Shown here piece by piece: positions 19,555 through 30,113 of a stretch of 64,000 nt of DNA. The DNA comes from a virus. Lineage: Duplodnaviria > Heunggongvirae > Uroviricota > Caudoviricetes. The notes below the pieces were generated by a model. The model was not told where the DNA came from. It saw only the letters and a program-made list of their open reading frames with translations, and did not search any database. Numbering within the stretch: the stretch's first letter is position 1; each line of letters opens with the position of its first letter. Position numbers and translations under genes: made by a program. The DNA lies in IMG/VR virus record IMGVR_UViG_3300031994_002305, positions 229,073 through 293,072 of that record; one strand, 5' to 3'.

Positions 19555-20331
19555 ATGAAATTATATTATAAAGATTATGAATTACCATCATTTCAAATTA
19601 ATGATAATGGTTATTTTTTACCTTGGGATGATTCTTTAGATTATTATATAAATAATCGTTTCAAGGATTTAGTATATAAAAATGAAATATCAGATTATGT
19701 AATTAAAGCAGAAGATAATGACCAATATTTTAATGAAGCCGATATTTTATCAAAAATTAATTTAAATGAAGATGGCTATTTTGATTTTAGTAAAGCTATA
19801 ATTGATATAGGTGCATATTCAGGTTGTTATTCATTTAGATCATATTTTAAATATGTATATGCATTTGAACCAAATAAAACAATGTTTACTTGTTTAAATA
19901 TGAATTTATTAATGCATAATAAATTAGAATATTCTGAAACATTTAATATTTTATTATCAGATAAACAAGAATTAATTAAATTTAATGGATTTTTTACACC
20001 TTACTGGGATGGTAAAAATTGGGGTGGGGAAGATAGTAAATTAGATGAAAGTAAAGAAATACTTTCTCATACATTAGATGAATATAATTTAAATAATGTT
20101 GGATTTATTAAAATTGATGTAGAAGGAATGGAAGAAAAAGTATTGCGAGGTGGTATTGGAACTATTATTCGTAATAATTATCCTCCTATACTATTTGAAT
20201 TATTTGATATTGGTTATTATGGGACACCTAAAGAAAAACACGATTCATTACAAAACTTTTTAGAAAATTTAGGATATGAAATTATATGGTATTGGGGTGA
20301 TCATGCAACACACTTAGCCATACATAAATAA
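19555..20331 (+). CDS. FkbM-family SAM-dependent methyltransferase
   Basis: IDIGAYSG, AFEP and IKIDVEG.E..VL.G motifs. Confidence 0.85.
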   Translation: MKLYYKDYELPSFQINDNGYFLPWDDSLDYYINNRFKDLVYKNEISDYVIKAEDNDQYFNEADILSKINLNEDGYFDFSKAIIDIGAYSGCYSFRSYFKYVYAFEPNKTMFTCLNMNLLMHNKLEYSETFNILLSDKQELIKFNGFFTPYWDGKNWGGEDSKLDESKEILSHTLDEYNLNNVGFIKIDVEGMEEKVLRGGIGTIIRNNYPPILFELFDIGYYGTPKEKHDSLQNFLENLGYEIIWYWGDHATHLAIHK

Positions 20332-20358
20332 AAGGTGGATAATTAATTATCCACCTTT
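20331..20358. terminator. Perfect 28-bp palindrome; bidirectional terminator between convergent genes
   Basis: aaaggtggataattaattatccaccttt. Confidence 0.8.
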
Positions 20359-21053
20359 ATTTTTTTAACTTCATCTAACATATATCCTATTTTCTGATAT
20401 TTCTTAATATCTTCAGCATTATATATGTCAGTATAAAGACCTTTATTTTTAAAAAATTTAAATTTTCCATTCCAAAACATTTCCGGATAATTTTTAGTTT
20501 CTTTCATAATCTTAATGGCAAAATCTACTTTAACCGCATAGATTGCAGCATCAACCATTTTTTTTCTATCACGATTATGAGTAACTAAGTTTTTGTTGTC
20601 TCCAATAAATTGATTATCTTCTATAAAATATTCACTTCTATTTGATATTTCTGTATAAGATGCTATAACATCATAATTATAATCAATATTTCTTATACAA
20701 TCTGCTATTAATGATGGACTTCTAAATAATTGATTAACTGCTAATACAATAATCCAATCAGGTTTAAATTTTGTTTGAATATAAAAATTATAAATACCAA
20801 TGTAATCTAAATAATTTATATCATCTTCATTTTCGCATTCCTGATATATAGTATGAATAAATCCTAAGTTCTCTGCATATTTTAACATGTCTTTATTATC
20901 CGATATAATAAAAACTTGTCTGAAAAGATTAAGATCACGTATTAAAACATATGTATATTTTAATGCTTCTTTATTACGTAAAATTGCTTGCTCATTATTT
21001 CCTCTTATTGTTATAAAAATAGGTATTTGAATCCTAAAATTAATTTGAGCCAT
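20343..21053 (-). CDS. Degenerate NeuA/KdsB-like cytidylyltransferase-fold protein
   Basis: IRG...LFRQVFIISD...LFRSP...DAAIY...DIYNAED overall pattern; canonical GSK..P.KN motif not intact. Confidence 0.5.
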   Translation of the reverse strand: MAQINFRIQIPIFITIRGNNEQAILRNKEALKYTYVLIRDLNLFRQVFIISDNKDMLKYAENLGFIHTIYQECENEDDINYLDYIGIYNFYIQTKFKPDWIIVLAVNQLFRSPSLIADCIRNIDYNYDVIASYTEISNRSEYFIEDNQFIGDNKNLVTHNRDRKKMVDAAIYAVKVDFAIKIMKETKNYPEMFWNGKFKFFKNKGLYTDIYNAEDIKKYQKIGYMLDEVKKIKVDN

Positions 21054-21843
21054 TATTTACTAAATTTTTCGTATATTTATATCTTATGTTTAATATTGAT
21101 GTTAATTCTGCAGTTTGAACTTTAAGTTGATCTAAATTTAAATGTCCTTTAGATAATGGTATTTGATATTCAAGACAAAGACAACCAATTAATTGATTAT
21201 GTCTATCAAACATAGCGTTATAAACAACAGCTTTTGTTTTAGTATCTTTAAGATTAGCAAATAATGAAGGGTTATTTTCTTCCATTTTATCAATGTCTTC
21301 ATAAACCATTTGTAATCCATCATTATTCATAATATCACTTACAATCTTAGCCATTTGACTAAAAGGTAATCCTAAACATTTATTTGCTAAAGGCATTAAT
21401 CCTTTTTCGAACCATTCATATGTACAAGAATATTTAGCAAATGGAACACCAGAAAGATTTTCATATGAATTATGAAATTCAATAATAAATGCACGTTGAG
21501 AATTATGAATTTGCATAATATCTTTTAAAGTCATATTAATTTCTTCTGCTAATTCTATACGTTGATTAAGCATATTATTATGATTTGAAAAATCAGTAGA
21601 TTCTTTATGAAGTAAATGATCTAATAATTTATCCTGTTGTTCAATAATGGTATTTGTGAGTTTATTATTTTGCTCACTTATTTGTTCTGTTAATTTCTCG
21701 CCTACCCTTTCTAAACCTGTACTCATATCATCAGATAATTTTTTACCTAACCATCTTATAAGTAAAAACAAAATCATACAGATTAGTAGGCTGCCTACCC
21801 CGATCCATCCGTAGTTTTCAAAAATATCAAATAAAATATCCAT
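21040..21843 (-). CDS. Putative T-type holin (single TM, coiled coil, GAF-like domain)
   Basis: One N-terminal TM segment; RAFIIEFHNS...KYSCTYE pattern. Confidence 0.45.
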   Translation of the reverse strand: MDILFDIFENYGWIGVGSLLICMILFLLIRWLGKKLSDDMSTGLERVGEKLTEQISEQNNKLTNTIIEQQDKLLDHLLHKESTDFSNHNNMLNQRIELAEEINMTLKDIMQIHNSQRAFIIEFHNSYENLSGVPFAKYSCTYEWFEKGLMPLANKCLGLPFSQMAKIVSDIMNNDGLQMVYEDIDKMEENNPSLFANLKDTKTKAVVYNAMFDRHNQLIGCLCLEYQIPLSKGHLNLDQLKVQTAELTSILNIRYKYTKNLVNNGSN

Positions 21844-21942
21844 TTATGTAGTTTGACTATTACATCATCATATATTTCTTATATTAATTTAATTAATAAT
21901 AAATTTTAATAAAAGTGTAATTAATTCTATTAATATATATGA

Positions 21943-21979
21943 TTGAATAAAACTTAGGTTTATATCTATATTATATTTG
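21943..21979 (+). promoter_or_regulatory. Conserved phage promoter
   Basis: TTGAAT-N17-CTATATTATATTTG. Confidence 0.7.
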
Positions 21980-21998
21980 AATATTAACGATATTATAT

Positions 21999-23891
21999 AT
22001 GGCTAAAAGAATTGAAGAAAAGTATCAGGAATTATCAGAAATACAACATATTTTGAACCGTCCTGGAATGTGGGTAGGTTCAATTAAGTCAGAAGAAAAA
22101 GACGCATTTATCTATAATTATAAGATTGGTAAATTTGAAATGAAAATCATCAACTATATTCCAGCAATGCTGAAAGTGGTTGATGAAGTTATTTCTAATT
22201 CTTGTGACGAATATCGTCGTAAAGATAATATGGGTCTTACTGAATTAAAAGTAAAAATTAATAAAGAAAAAGGTGAGATTATTGTAAGAGACAACGGAGG
22301 CATACCTATTGTTAAACATAAAGATGCAGGTGTATATGTACCTGAATTTATCTTTGGTCGTTTGAGAACATCTTCAAACTATGACGATACTGAAGATAGA
22401 CAAGTAATAGGAACTAATGGTGTAGGTTCTGCTTTGTGTAATGTATTTTCAAGTTATTTTGAAATTGAGTCTGCTGATGGTAAAAATGAATTTCATCGTT
22501 CATGGTCAAACAATATGGAAACTTTAAATGATGATTTAAGAGTTACTAAATGCGATAAGAAAACACATTATACACAAACAAAATTTAGATTAGATTTTTC
22601 AAGATTTGATACAGATCTTAAAACATTTGATAATGATTTTATAAATATTATTCATAAGAGATGTATTGATGCAGCTGCTGCAAATCCAGGTCTTAAAGTA
22701 ATATTTAAATGTGGAGATGATTCTATTGAATGGAAGTTTAAAAAACTTGACGAATATATTGATCTTTATTCAAATCTATTAAATATTTCGGACAAGATTC
22801 CTTTTGAAAATGATTTATGTACTGCTTGGATATTTCCAGATAGTTCAGTTGATGTTGGTTTTGTAAATGGCGCAGAATGTTCAAAAGGAACTCACATGAG
22901 AGCTTTGCGTAATGAAATTAATCAAGCTATTGTAGATTTTATTACAAAGAAAGATAAAATTAAAGATTTGACAACTCGTGGTGTTGATAATAAGTATTCA
23001 GTGTTTATAAATATTAATGTATCAAATCCATCTTATGATTCACAAACAAAAGATACATTAACAACACCTATTGAAAAGTTCTCTAAGGATGAAAAAATTA
23101 AATGGGAAGTAAATGAAAAGTTCTTAAATAAAATTGTTAAATCAGAAATTGTTGCATTAGTAAGAGATTGGTATAAACAGAAAACTGCAGCAGAAGATGA
23201 AAAAGCATTAAGAAAAATCAATAGAGAAACAAATAAAGGACTTAAACGTCCTGATAAATATATTACATGTTCTTCACGAGTAAGAGCAAGTAAACAACTT
23301 TGGATATTTGAGGGAGACTCTGCAAAGGCCGGCTTCCGTGGAGGTCGTAATCCTGAATATCAGGCAGGTTATACTATGCGTGGTGTACCACCTAATTGTT
23401 ATGGAATGACTCCATTACAGATTATGAAGAATGAAGTATTTAATGATATTGTTACCGTGCTTGGATTAAAATGGGGTAAGGAGTTTAATATTAATGAACT
23501 TAACTTTGGTAAGATCGTAATATCTACTGATGCCGATGTTGATGGTGATAAAATCGCAGCATTACTTTTACTATTTTTTAATAATTGGCCTGAATTAATT
23601 GAAAAGGGAGTTGTATGTAGAAGTATATCACCTATCATTATATCAAGAAAAGGAAAAGATTGCCAGAAGTTCTATACTATGGATGAATTTAAGGAAGCTG
23701 AAAAGAAACTTAAAGGTTATTCGCATAAGTATGCAAAAGGTCTTGGTGGTCTTTCAAATCAGGAGTCAAAAGAAATGTATCAGGATCCAAAATTCTTATT
23801 CTTTAAAAAAGATGAAGCCGCAGACAGTATGTTTAGAAAATGGTTTGCAAAGGGAGATTCTGAAACTCGTAAACAAATGTTAAATTCATAA
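21999..23891 (+). CDS. Type IIA DNA topoisomerase, ATPase/TOPRIM subunit (T4 gp39+60-like)
   Basis: HILNRPGMWVGS, EVISNSCD, DNGG, GTNGVG, EGDSA, DADVDG. Confidence 0.95.
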   Translation: MAKRIEEKYQELSEIQHILNRPGMWVGSIKSEEKDAFIYNYKIGKFEMKIINYIPAMLKVVDEVISNSCDEYRRKDNMGLTELKVKINKEKGEIIVRDNGGIPIVKHKDAGVYVPEFIFGRLRTSSNYDDTEDRQVIGTNGVGSALCNVFSSYFEIESADGKNEFHRSWSNNMETLNDDLRVTKCDKKTHYTQTKFRLDFSRFDTDLKTFDNDFINIIHKRCIDAAAANPGLKVIFKCGDDSIEWKFKKLDEYIDLYSNLLNISDKIPFENDLCTAWIFPDSSVDVGFVNGAECSKGTHMRALRNEINQAIVDFITKKDKIKDLTTRGVDNKYSVFININVSNPSYDSQTKDTLTTPIEKFSKDEKIKWEVNEKFLNKIVKSEIVALVRDWYKQKTAAEDEKALRKINRETNKGLKRPDKYITCSSRVRASKQLWIFEGDSAKAGFRGGRNPEYQAGYTMRGVPPNCYGMTPLQIMKNEVFNDIVTVLGLKWGKEFNINELNFGKIVISTDADVDGDKIAALLLLFFNNWPELIEKGVVCRSISPIIISRKGKDCQKFYTMDEFKEAEKKLKGYSHKYAKGLGGLSNQESKEMYQDPKFLFFKKDEAADSMFRKWFAKGDSETRKQMLNS

Positions 23892-23893
23892 TC

Positions 23894-25276
23894 ATGGAAA
23901 AAGTCACAAAAAGAACTATAACAAATTTTTTAAATACAGAATATCTTAATTATGCATTCTCTGTACTTGAGGAACGTGCAATACCATCAGCAATTGATGG
24001 ATTTAAACCAGGCGCTCGTAAGATAATGCATGCTGCTCTTGCAGGTACAACTAAAGACGGAAAATTATACAAATTATTGGCATTATCTGGAGATGCAATG
24101 CGAGTATCATTATATGCTCATGGTGACGCATCATTGAATGGTACAATTGTTAATATGTGTAAACCATTTAATGATAATCTTAATCCTTTAGAATCTGATT
24201 CACAGGTAGGTACATTAAGAGATCCTGATTCTGCTGGTGCTCCTCGTTATCTTTATGTGAAGCATTCAAAATATATGGATCTTATTTATAAAACAGATTA
24301 CGATTTACTTGAACATATATTTGAGGAAGGTCAATATGTGGAACCAATGACATATTTACCAATTATTCCAACAGTATTATGTAAGAATAATATTGGTGTG
24401 GCTGTAGGTTATTCAATGCATAGCCAAGCCTATAATCCAATTGATGTTATTGATGCATGTAAAGAAGTAATTGAAGCACGTGCTGATAAGAAAGATAAAA
24501 TCAAAACTGTAATATATCCTTATATTAGAGGTATTAAAAAATCAAATTGGAGATTTGAAGAAGGCAATTGGTATAATTATGGAGAATGGAAATTAAATCA
24601 AACTAAAGATTTAATGAATGTAACAGATCTTCCTGCAGATGTATCATATGAAGATTTTGAAAAACTTCTCATTAAATTTAAGGATGAAGAATATATTAAA
24701 GATTGGAAAGATAGATCATCAGATGGTGGCGTAAATTATGAAATTATATTTCCAAAGAAACAACTTGCAGTTGAAATGAAAAAGGATCGTTCAGGAAAAC
24801 GAATAGCTAATAAGTTCAAATTGATTAAACAACTTCCTGATGATTTACTTTGGTTACTTGACGAAAATCATAAACTTAAGAATTTTGCTAATAAGAAAGA
24901 AGTAATTGAATATTTTGTTAATTATAGACTTACAATTTATTCAGAACGCAAACGTAAAATGGTTAAGATTCTTGAAGAACGAATTAAAAAGAATGATGAA
25001 TTGGTAAAATTCATTGAGTTAGTTTGTAAAGGTAAACTTAAAATTCGTAACAGAGCAAAAGCTGAAATTAAAGTTGACATGGATGGTTATAAATTACCAA
25101 TGGAATTAATTGGAACTCCTATGTCAAAATGTACTATTGAGGAAAGAGACGAATTACTAAAACAAAATGAAGAAATGAAAAAAGAATTAGAATACATTCG
25201 TAATACAACTGAGAAACAAATGTATTTGAATGATTTGAATAATTTACGAAAAGAATTAGAAAAAGATTTTAAATAA
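23894..25276 (+). CDS. Type IIA DNA topoisomerase, breakage-reunion subunit (T4 gp52-like)
   Basis: RAIPSAIDGFKPGARK, YAHGDAS, active site APRY; no C-terminal pinwheel. Confidence 0.95.
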   Translation: MEKVTKRTITNFLNTEYLNYAFSVLEERAIPSAIDGFKPGARKIMHAALAGTTKDGKLYKLLALSGDAMRVSLYAHGDASLNGTIVNMCKPFNDNLNPLESDSQVGTLRDPDSAGAPRYLYVKHSKYMDLIYKTDYDLLEHIFEEGQYVEPMTYLPIIPTVLCKNNIGVAVGYSMHSQAYNPIDVIDACKEVIEARADKKDKIKTVIYPYIRGIKKSNWRFEEGNWYNYGEWKLNQTKDLMNVTDLPADVSYEDFEKLLIKFKDEEYIKDWKDRSSDGGVNYEIIFPKKQLAVEMKKDRSGKRIANKFKLIKQLPDDLLWLLDENHKLKNFANKKEVIEYFVNYRLTIYSERKRKMVKILEERIKKNDELVKFIELVCKGKLKIRNRAKAEIKVDMDGYKLPMELIGTPMSKCTIEERDELLKQNEEMKKELEYIRNTTEKQMYLNDLNNLRKELEKDFK

Positions 25277-25307
25277 AAATGGGTATGGTTAGATCCATAC
25301 CCATTTT
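25276..25307. terminator. Bidirectional terminator
   Basis: aaaatgggtatgg/ccatacccatttt between convergent genes. Confidence 0.8.
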
Positions 25308-25684
25308 GTTTCTGATATTGTTGTTACTCTCATATTCTCTAAACCTTGTGAAATATAATCTTTCATTATATTTTGAACTTCTTCACTTGTTTTAGCAAAT
25401 ACTGGTAAAGCATATTTAACAGTCTTTATAGTTCCATCATCCTGAAAAACATCTTCAGCAACTTTAACTGCAAATATTTTACTATCTTCATACCATTCAT
25501 TTGCTGCAGGTTTAAATGTTTTCATTAAGCAAACATCTTCAACTTCAATATCTTTGCCAAGTTTATTAATTACTTTCATTCCTGCTTCAGCAAAATGTTG
25601 TGATTCAGTAAAATATGTTTCTAAAACTTTTTTATCTTTACCATCTAATAATGCAGTTCTATTTAATTTAACTTTAAAATACAT
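25289..25684 (-). CDS. DUF4494-like protein (Bacteroidetes family)
   Basis: Two-repeat layout F.VK...KKV.E.Y...FAEA ... ISETK. Confidence 0.55.
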   Translation of the reverse strand: MYFKVKLNRTALLDGKDKKVLETYFTESQHFAEAGMKVINKLGKDIEVEDVCLMKTFKPAANEWYEDSKIFAVKVAEDVFQDDGTIKTVKYALPVFAKTSEEVQNIMKDYISQGLENMRVTTISETKWVWI

Positions 25685-25689
25685 AACCT

Positions 25690-26064
25690 CTATTTTTTAT
25701 AATTCTTATCTTTTTTAATATATTCTTTCAATGATCCTGTTTCTTCATCTCTTATAGGATTAATATCTAATATAACACCATCATAAATAAATATATCTTC
25801 ATATTCTTCATCATGTAAAATATTAAATAAAGAATCTTCTTTCATATTTCCTTTATAATATAATACAACATCTAAATCTGATGAATCTTTATGATCACCT
25901 CGTATTCTTGATCCATGAACATATAAATCAATTATTTCAATATTCAAATCATTGTCAGAAATAATCTCTTCAATTTCTCCTCTAACATAATTTTTAATTT
26001 CATCAGTATCTGCTTTCATACCATGAATTTTTGATTCTTTAATGTATAATGATATTTGTTTCAT
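25690..26064 (-). CDS. Leader-tagged minimal nucleotidyltransferase (Pol-beta superfamily)
   Basis: MKQISLYIKE/S leader; GSRIRG...SDLDVVL...LDINP. Confidence 0.8.
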   Translation of the reverse strand: MKQISLYIKESKIHGMKADTDEIKNYVRGEIEEIISDNDLNIEIIDLYVHGSRIRGDHKDSSDLDVVLYYKGNMKEDSLFNILHDEEYEDIFIYDGVILDINPIRDEETGSLKEYIKKDKNYKK

Positions 26065-26070
26065 AATTTA

Positions 26071-27123
26071 TTAATTTAATATTTCATCTAATTCATAAGC
26101 TCCTTCTCTTGGTTTATTAGTTATAATATCAATAACCTTTTGTTCTATTTCTTCTAAAAGTTCAGGATTATCGTTCAACAAATCAATAACTGCTTGTTTT
26201 CCTTGTCCTAATTTAACTTCTCCATAACTGAACCAAGATCCTGCTTTATGAATAATATCATATTCAATAGCTTTATCTAATATTTCTCCGAATCTGTTTA
26301 TTCCTTTGCCAAACACAATTTCAAATTCAGCTTTTCTAAATGGAGGCGCACATTTATTTTTTACAACCTTTACTTTTGTCAAATTAGCAATAGCATCTTC
26401 ACCATCTTTAACTTGTGTTGATTTACGAACTTCCAATCTAATTGATGCATAGAATTTTAAAGCATTACCACCTGTTGTTGTTTCAGGATTACCAAATAAT
26501 ACTCCTATCTTTTCTCTTATCTGATTAATGAATATACATAAGCAATTTGATTTTTTAATAATACCAATCATCTTACGTAATGCTTGAGACATTAATCTAG
26601 CCTGAAGACCAATTCTTGCATCTCCCATTGCACCTTCCAATTCAGCTTTAGGAATCAATGCTGCTACAGAGTCAATAACACAAATACCTATTTTTCCTGA
26701 TGATATTAATTTTGTTGCAATTTCCAAACAATCTTCTCCACAGTCAGGTTGTGCAAATAATAACTTATCTACATCAACACCAAGTGCTGCTGCATAATCT
26801 CTATCAAATGCATGTTCTGCATCAATATATGCAGCTCTCAAACCCATCTTTTGTGCTTCTGCAACAGCATGTGTAGCAAGTGTTGTCTTACCACAACTTT
26901 CAGGTCCATATATTTCAACAATACGACCTTTAGGATATCCACCTATACCCAATGCACAATCTAATGATAATGAACCTGAAGGAATTGTTTCAATATCCAT
27001 TACTTCTGATTCTCCAAGAAACATGACAGTTCCTTCTCCGTATTGTTTTTTAATTTCTTTCAATACAGATTCTAAATCATTATCATTACCAAATTCTTTA
27101 TCTAAAATATCTTTTTTAGCCAT
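26071..27123 (-). CDS. recA: Bacterial-type RecA recombinase
   Basis: [40 protein letters not shown]. Confidence 0.97.
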   Translation of the reverse strand: MAKKDILDKEFGNDNDLESVLKEIKKQYGEGTVMFLGESEVMDIETIPSGSLSLDCALGIGGYPKGRIVEIYGPESCGKTTLATHAVAEAQKMGLRAAYIDAEHAFDRDYAAALGVDVDKLLFAQPDCGEDCLEIATKLISSGKIGICVIDSVAALIPKAELEGAMGDARIGLQARLMSQALRKMIGIIKKSNCLCIFINQIREKIGVLFGNPETTTGGNALKFYASIRLEVRKSTQVKDGEDAIANLTKVKVVKNKCAPPFRKAEFEIVFGKGINRFGEILDKAIEYDIIHKAGSWFSYGEVKLGQGKQAVIDLLNDNPELLEEIEQKVIDIITNKPREGAYELDEILN

Positions 27124-27193
27124 AGGCCTTATATACTTTTATATATTAATAATATATTTTAAATTTATAATAAAAATTAACTATTTAATTTAT

Positions 27194-27469
27194 ATGAATA
27201 GGAATGAAATTAAAAAAATCGTTTATCAATATGCAAGACAACAAGTTTGTTTTGATACATATTGGAAAACTATGGTATTGAGCAAATCAAATGATGGGGA
27301 AGATTTGTTCATATATTCTGAAATAGGATTTGATAGTTTAGATACTATTGAGTTTATTATGAATATCGAAACAGAATTTAAATTGACAATGCCTGGTGAA
27401 TTATTTGATAGTGAAGTAACATTAAGAAAAATAATTGATTATATTAATAACGAAATTAACAATAAATAA
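27194..27469 (+). CDS. Acyl carrier protein-like; start corrected from 27023
   Basis: GFDSLDTIEFIMNIETEF phosphopantetheine-site motif. Confidence 0.75.
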   Translation: MNRNEIKKIVYQYARQQVCFDTYWKTMVLSKSNDGEDLFIYSEIGFDSLDTIEFIMNIETEFKLTMPGELFDSEVTLRKIIDYINNEINNK

Positions 27470-28575
27470 TGGATTTAAAGAATTTATATAAATCATTTGA
27501 ATCATTTACATCAAGAACGGATGATTATCTAGGAGCAATGTATATAAATATTTATAAAGATTTACCTGAGTGTCACAGAATATATTATAATGAAAATTCT
27601 GAATTAACTTATGTAAATTCTGTTGAAAGTTTTTATACAATTCGTAAAAATATTAAAGCAAAAATTGACAGTAGAAAACTTTTATTAAATTTGCGAGATG
27701 CTTATCCTTATAATAGAAAAATACTTATATTTTGCTATTCCGCTCATGAATATTTGATTTTAGGAAATGAAATTCCATTTCTTATGAATATTACATTAAA
27801 TGAGGATGGAGAAATGGCAAACTGGTATGAAGAAATTTATTGTAATCAAGGTGATATAGAAACAGTATTTGAATTTATAAAACCATATTTTGAAATATCT
27901 AAGAAACAAGAATCAGTTGCATTTGGTATTGCTGCTATAGATTCTGTTAATTGTTTGTTTACTTCATGGTATGATTATAAATATAAAGATATTGATGTAG
28001 ACGTTAATTATAATGATGATTTCAAAAAACCTTATAATAAAATATGCGATATTATTGAAGATGATGAAAATTCATCGTTAATTCTTTTATATGGAGAACC
28101 AGGTACAGGTAAATCTTCGATAATTAAAAATCTAATAGCAAAATATCCAGAAAAGGATTTTATATTCATGGATGATATGTTGTTACTTAATGCTTCTAAA
28201 GAAAAGTTAATGGCATATTTCTTAGAAAATCAAAATACAATATTTATTTTTGAAGATTGTGAAAAGGCATTAGTTTCACGTGATAAAGAATATAATCCTG
28301 TTATCAATACTATATTAAATATAACTGATGGTATTATTGGAGATGTATTAGGAATAAAATTGATTTGTACATTCAACACATCATTAAATAATATTGATAA
28401 AGCATTACTTCGTAAAGGACGTCTTTCATTAAAATATGAATTTAAGAAACTTAAAGCAGATAAAGTTAGTAAGATATTAGGAAAGGAAGTTAAAGAAGAT
28501 ATGTCTCTTGCTGATATTTATTACGAAGATGAAAATGATTATTCAAAAAAAATTGAGCGTAGAATTGGTTTTTAA
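27469..28575 (+). CDS. AAA+ ATPase
   Basis: GEPGTGKS, FIFEDCE, LN..DG, TFN...IDKALLRKGR. Confidence 0.85.
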   Translation: MDLKNLYKSFESFTSRTDDYLGAMYINIYKDLPECHRIYYNENSELTYVNSVESFYTIRKNIKAKIDSRKLLLNLRDAYPYNRKILIFCYSAHEYLILGNEIPFLMNITLNEDGEMANWYEEIYCNQGDIETVFEFIKPYFEISKKQESVAFGIAAIDSVNCLFTSWYDYKYKDIDVDVNYNDDFKKPYNKICDIIEDDENSSLILLYGEPGTGKSSIIKNLIAKYPEKDFIFMDDMLLLNASKEKLMAYFLENQNTIFIFEDCEKALVSRDKEYNPVINTILNITDGIIGDVLGIKLICTFNTSLNNIDKALLRKGRLSLKYEFKKLKADKVSKILGKEVKEDMSLADIYYEDENDYSKKIERRIGF

Positions 28576-28577
28576 TT

Positions 28578-29860
28578 ATGAAATATAAAAGTGTATTTAG
28601 TTTAATAGAAGATGGTTATGTAATAACACGTTCATTTAGTGTTAAGATTAAAGAATTAATGTCTGATGAATATTTTCTATATGATGAAGAAAAACACACA
28701 ATAATTTGTTGTATAAAGACTGGATATAATATTTCATGTAAACCTCATCAAATAATGTTAACAGGTGACATGAATTTTATGTGTATGCGACATGAAAAAG
28801 TTGGTAGTATTGAAAAACCAATTTATGTATTAAAACCATTAACACAAAATAATTATCATTTAATTGGAAAATGTATTATTATAGATTATGATAATTTAAA
28901 TAGTACATTTATAATTGATAATGAAGAATTTTTACATAATGACTTTTTACATAATGAACAATTAACAAGAAACTTAAATAAAATGAACGAAAAATTAACA
29001 ACAATTAATTTAGGAGAAATTGATTTAACAAAGTATAAGGGAGATAAATTTGCAGTATTTAGAAAATATGACTGTAGATGCATTTATGATGATGATCCAT
29101 TTGAAAAAGATAAAAACTATAAATTCTTTATTATGTCAGATGAAGATGGAGATACATTTTGTGTAGAATCACCTGCTGGTATTCGAATTTATGAGGATTA
29201 TGAGTTTACTGATTATTTCATTGATATAACTATGCCAACAGAAAAGAAAGAATTACCTGATATTGATGTAGTTATTAAAGATGATACAGAAGATAAAACA
29301 CCAATAGAAACAAATATTTATAGATAATGGAAAATAAAGCAACTGATATTAACGGAGAATCTATAAATATTGATAAAATGCATCGTACTGCACTTTGGCC
29401 AATTTATGTCGATAAAGAAACAGGAAAAATCATCGATACTGTAATAAATATGATGCGTCCTGTTGATCCTAAGATGGTTGAATTATGTAAAAAATTAACT
29501 GAAGGTACAGAATCAGATAGCTTAAAAAGATTTATGTCTGAAATGTATTTAACATGTAATAGTGATCTAATTAAAGATTATATTGATTTTATAATTATTG
29601 CATGTGATACAAAAACTCATGAAGTCATAGATTTTGTTAACCCATCACAAACAGTAGATCATAATGAACGTATGGGTCGTTTAATTGATTTAACTGAGGC
29701 AGCCGCAATTGGTTCGGATGAGAATGGAAATGCAAATGAATTTATGACAATAATTAGTAATGTAGTAGCAAGATATTGTGCATTAGATTCATCTAATTAT
29801 GATTCATTTAAACAAACTGTAGAATTTTGGAAAAATAAAATTAAAGCAGTTCAAACGTAA
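28578..29860 (+). other. Two hypothetical CDS (28578..29327, 29327..29860)
   Basis: Long, coupled ORFs. Confidence 0.6.
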
Positions 29861-30071
29861 GTTCTTTCATATTACCTCCTATTGTTAATTGTTTATGAGA
29901 TGAAAGAACAGTTACTTTAAATATTATTTCGGATTTATCAATATAAATGTTATTAACTTTACAAGATACATCAAAATTTGGGAAGAATTCACAGGTTGAT
30001 TTAAATCTGACTTTCTTTCCAAATATTTTATTTGATATATCTTTTAATGAATAATTTTTAACTAATTCCAC
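29841..30071 (-). CDS. Hypothetical protein
   Basis: 76-aa ORF filling the gap. Confidence 0.5.
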   Translation of the reverse strand: MELVKNYSLKDISNKIFGKKVRFKSTCEFFPNFDVSCKVNNIYIDKSEIIFKVTVLSSHKQLTIGGNMKELTFELL

Positions 30072-30113
30072 TTATATTCTATATATTATTTATATAATTT
30101 AAAATAAAAAATA

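Noticed and set aside
27023-27193. N-terminal extension of the ACP ORF
   Set aside because: It overlaps recA on the opposite strand and the intergenic region; ATG 27194 is more plausible.
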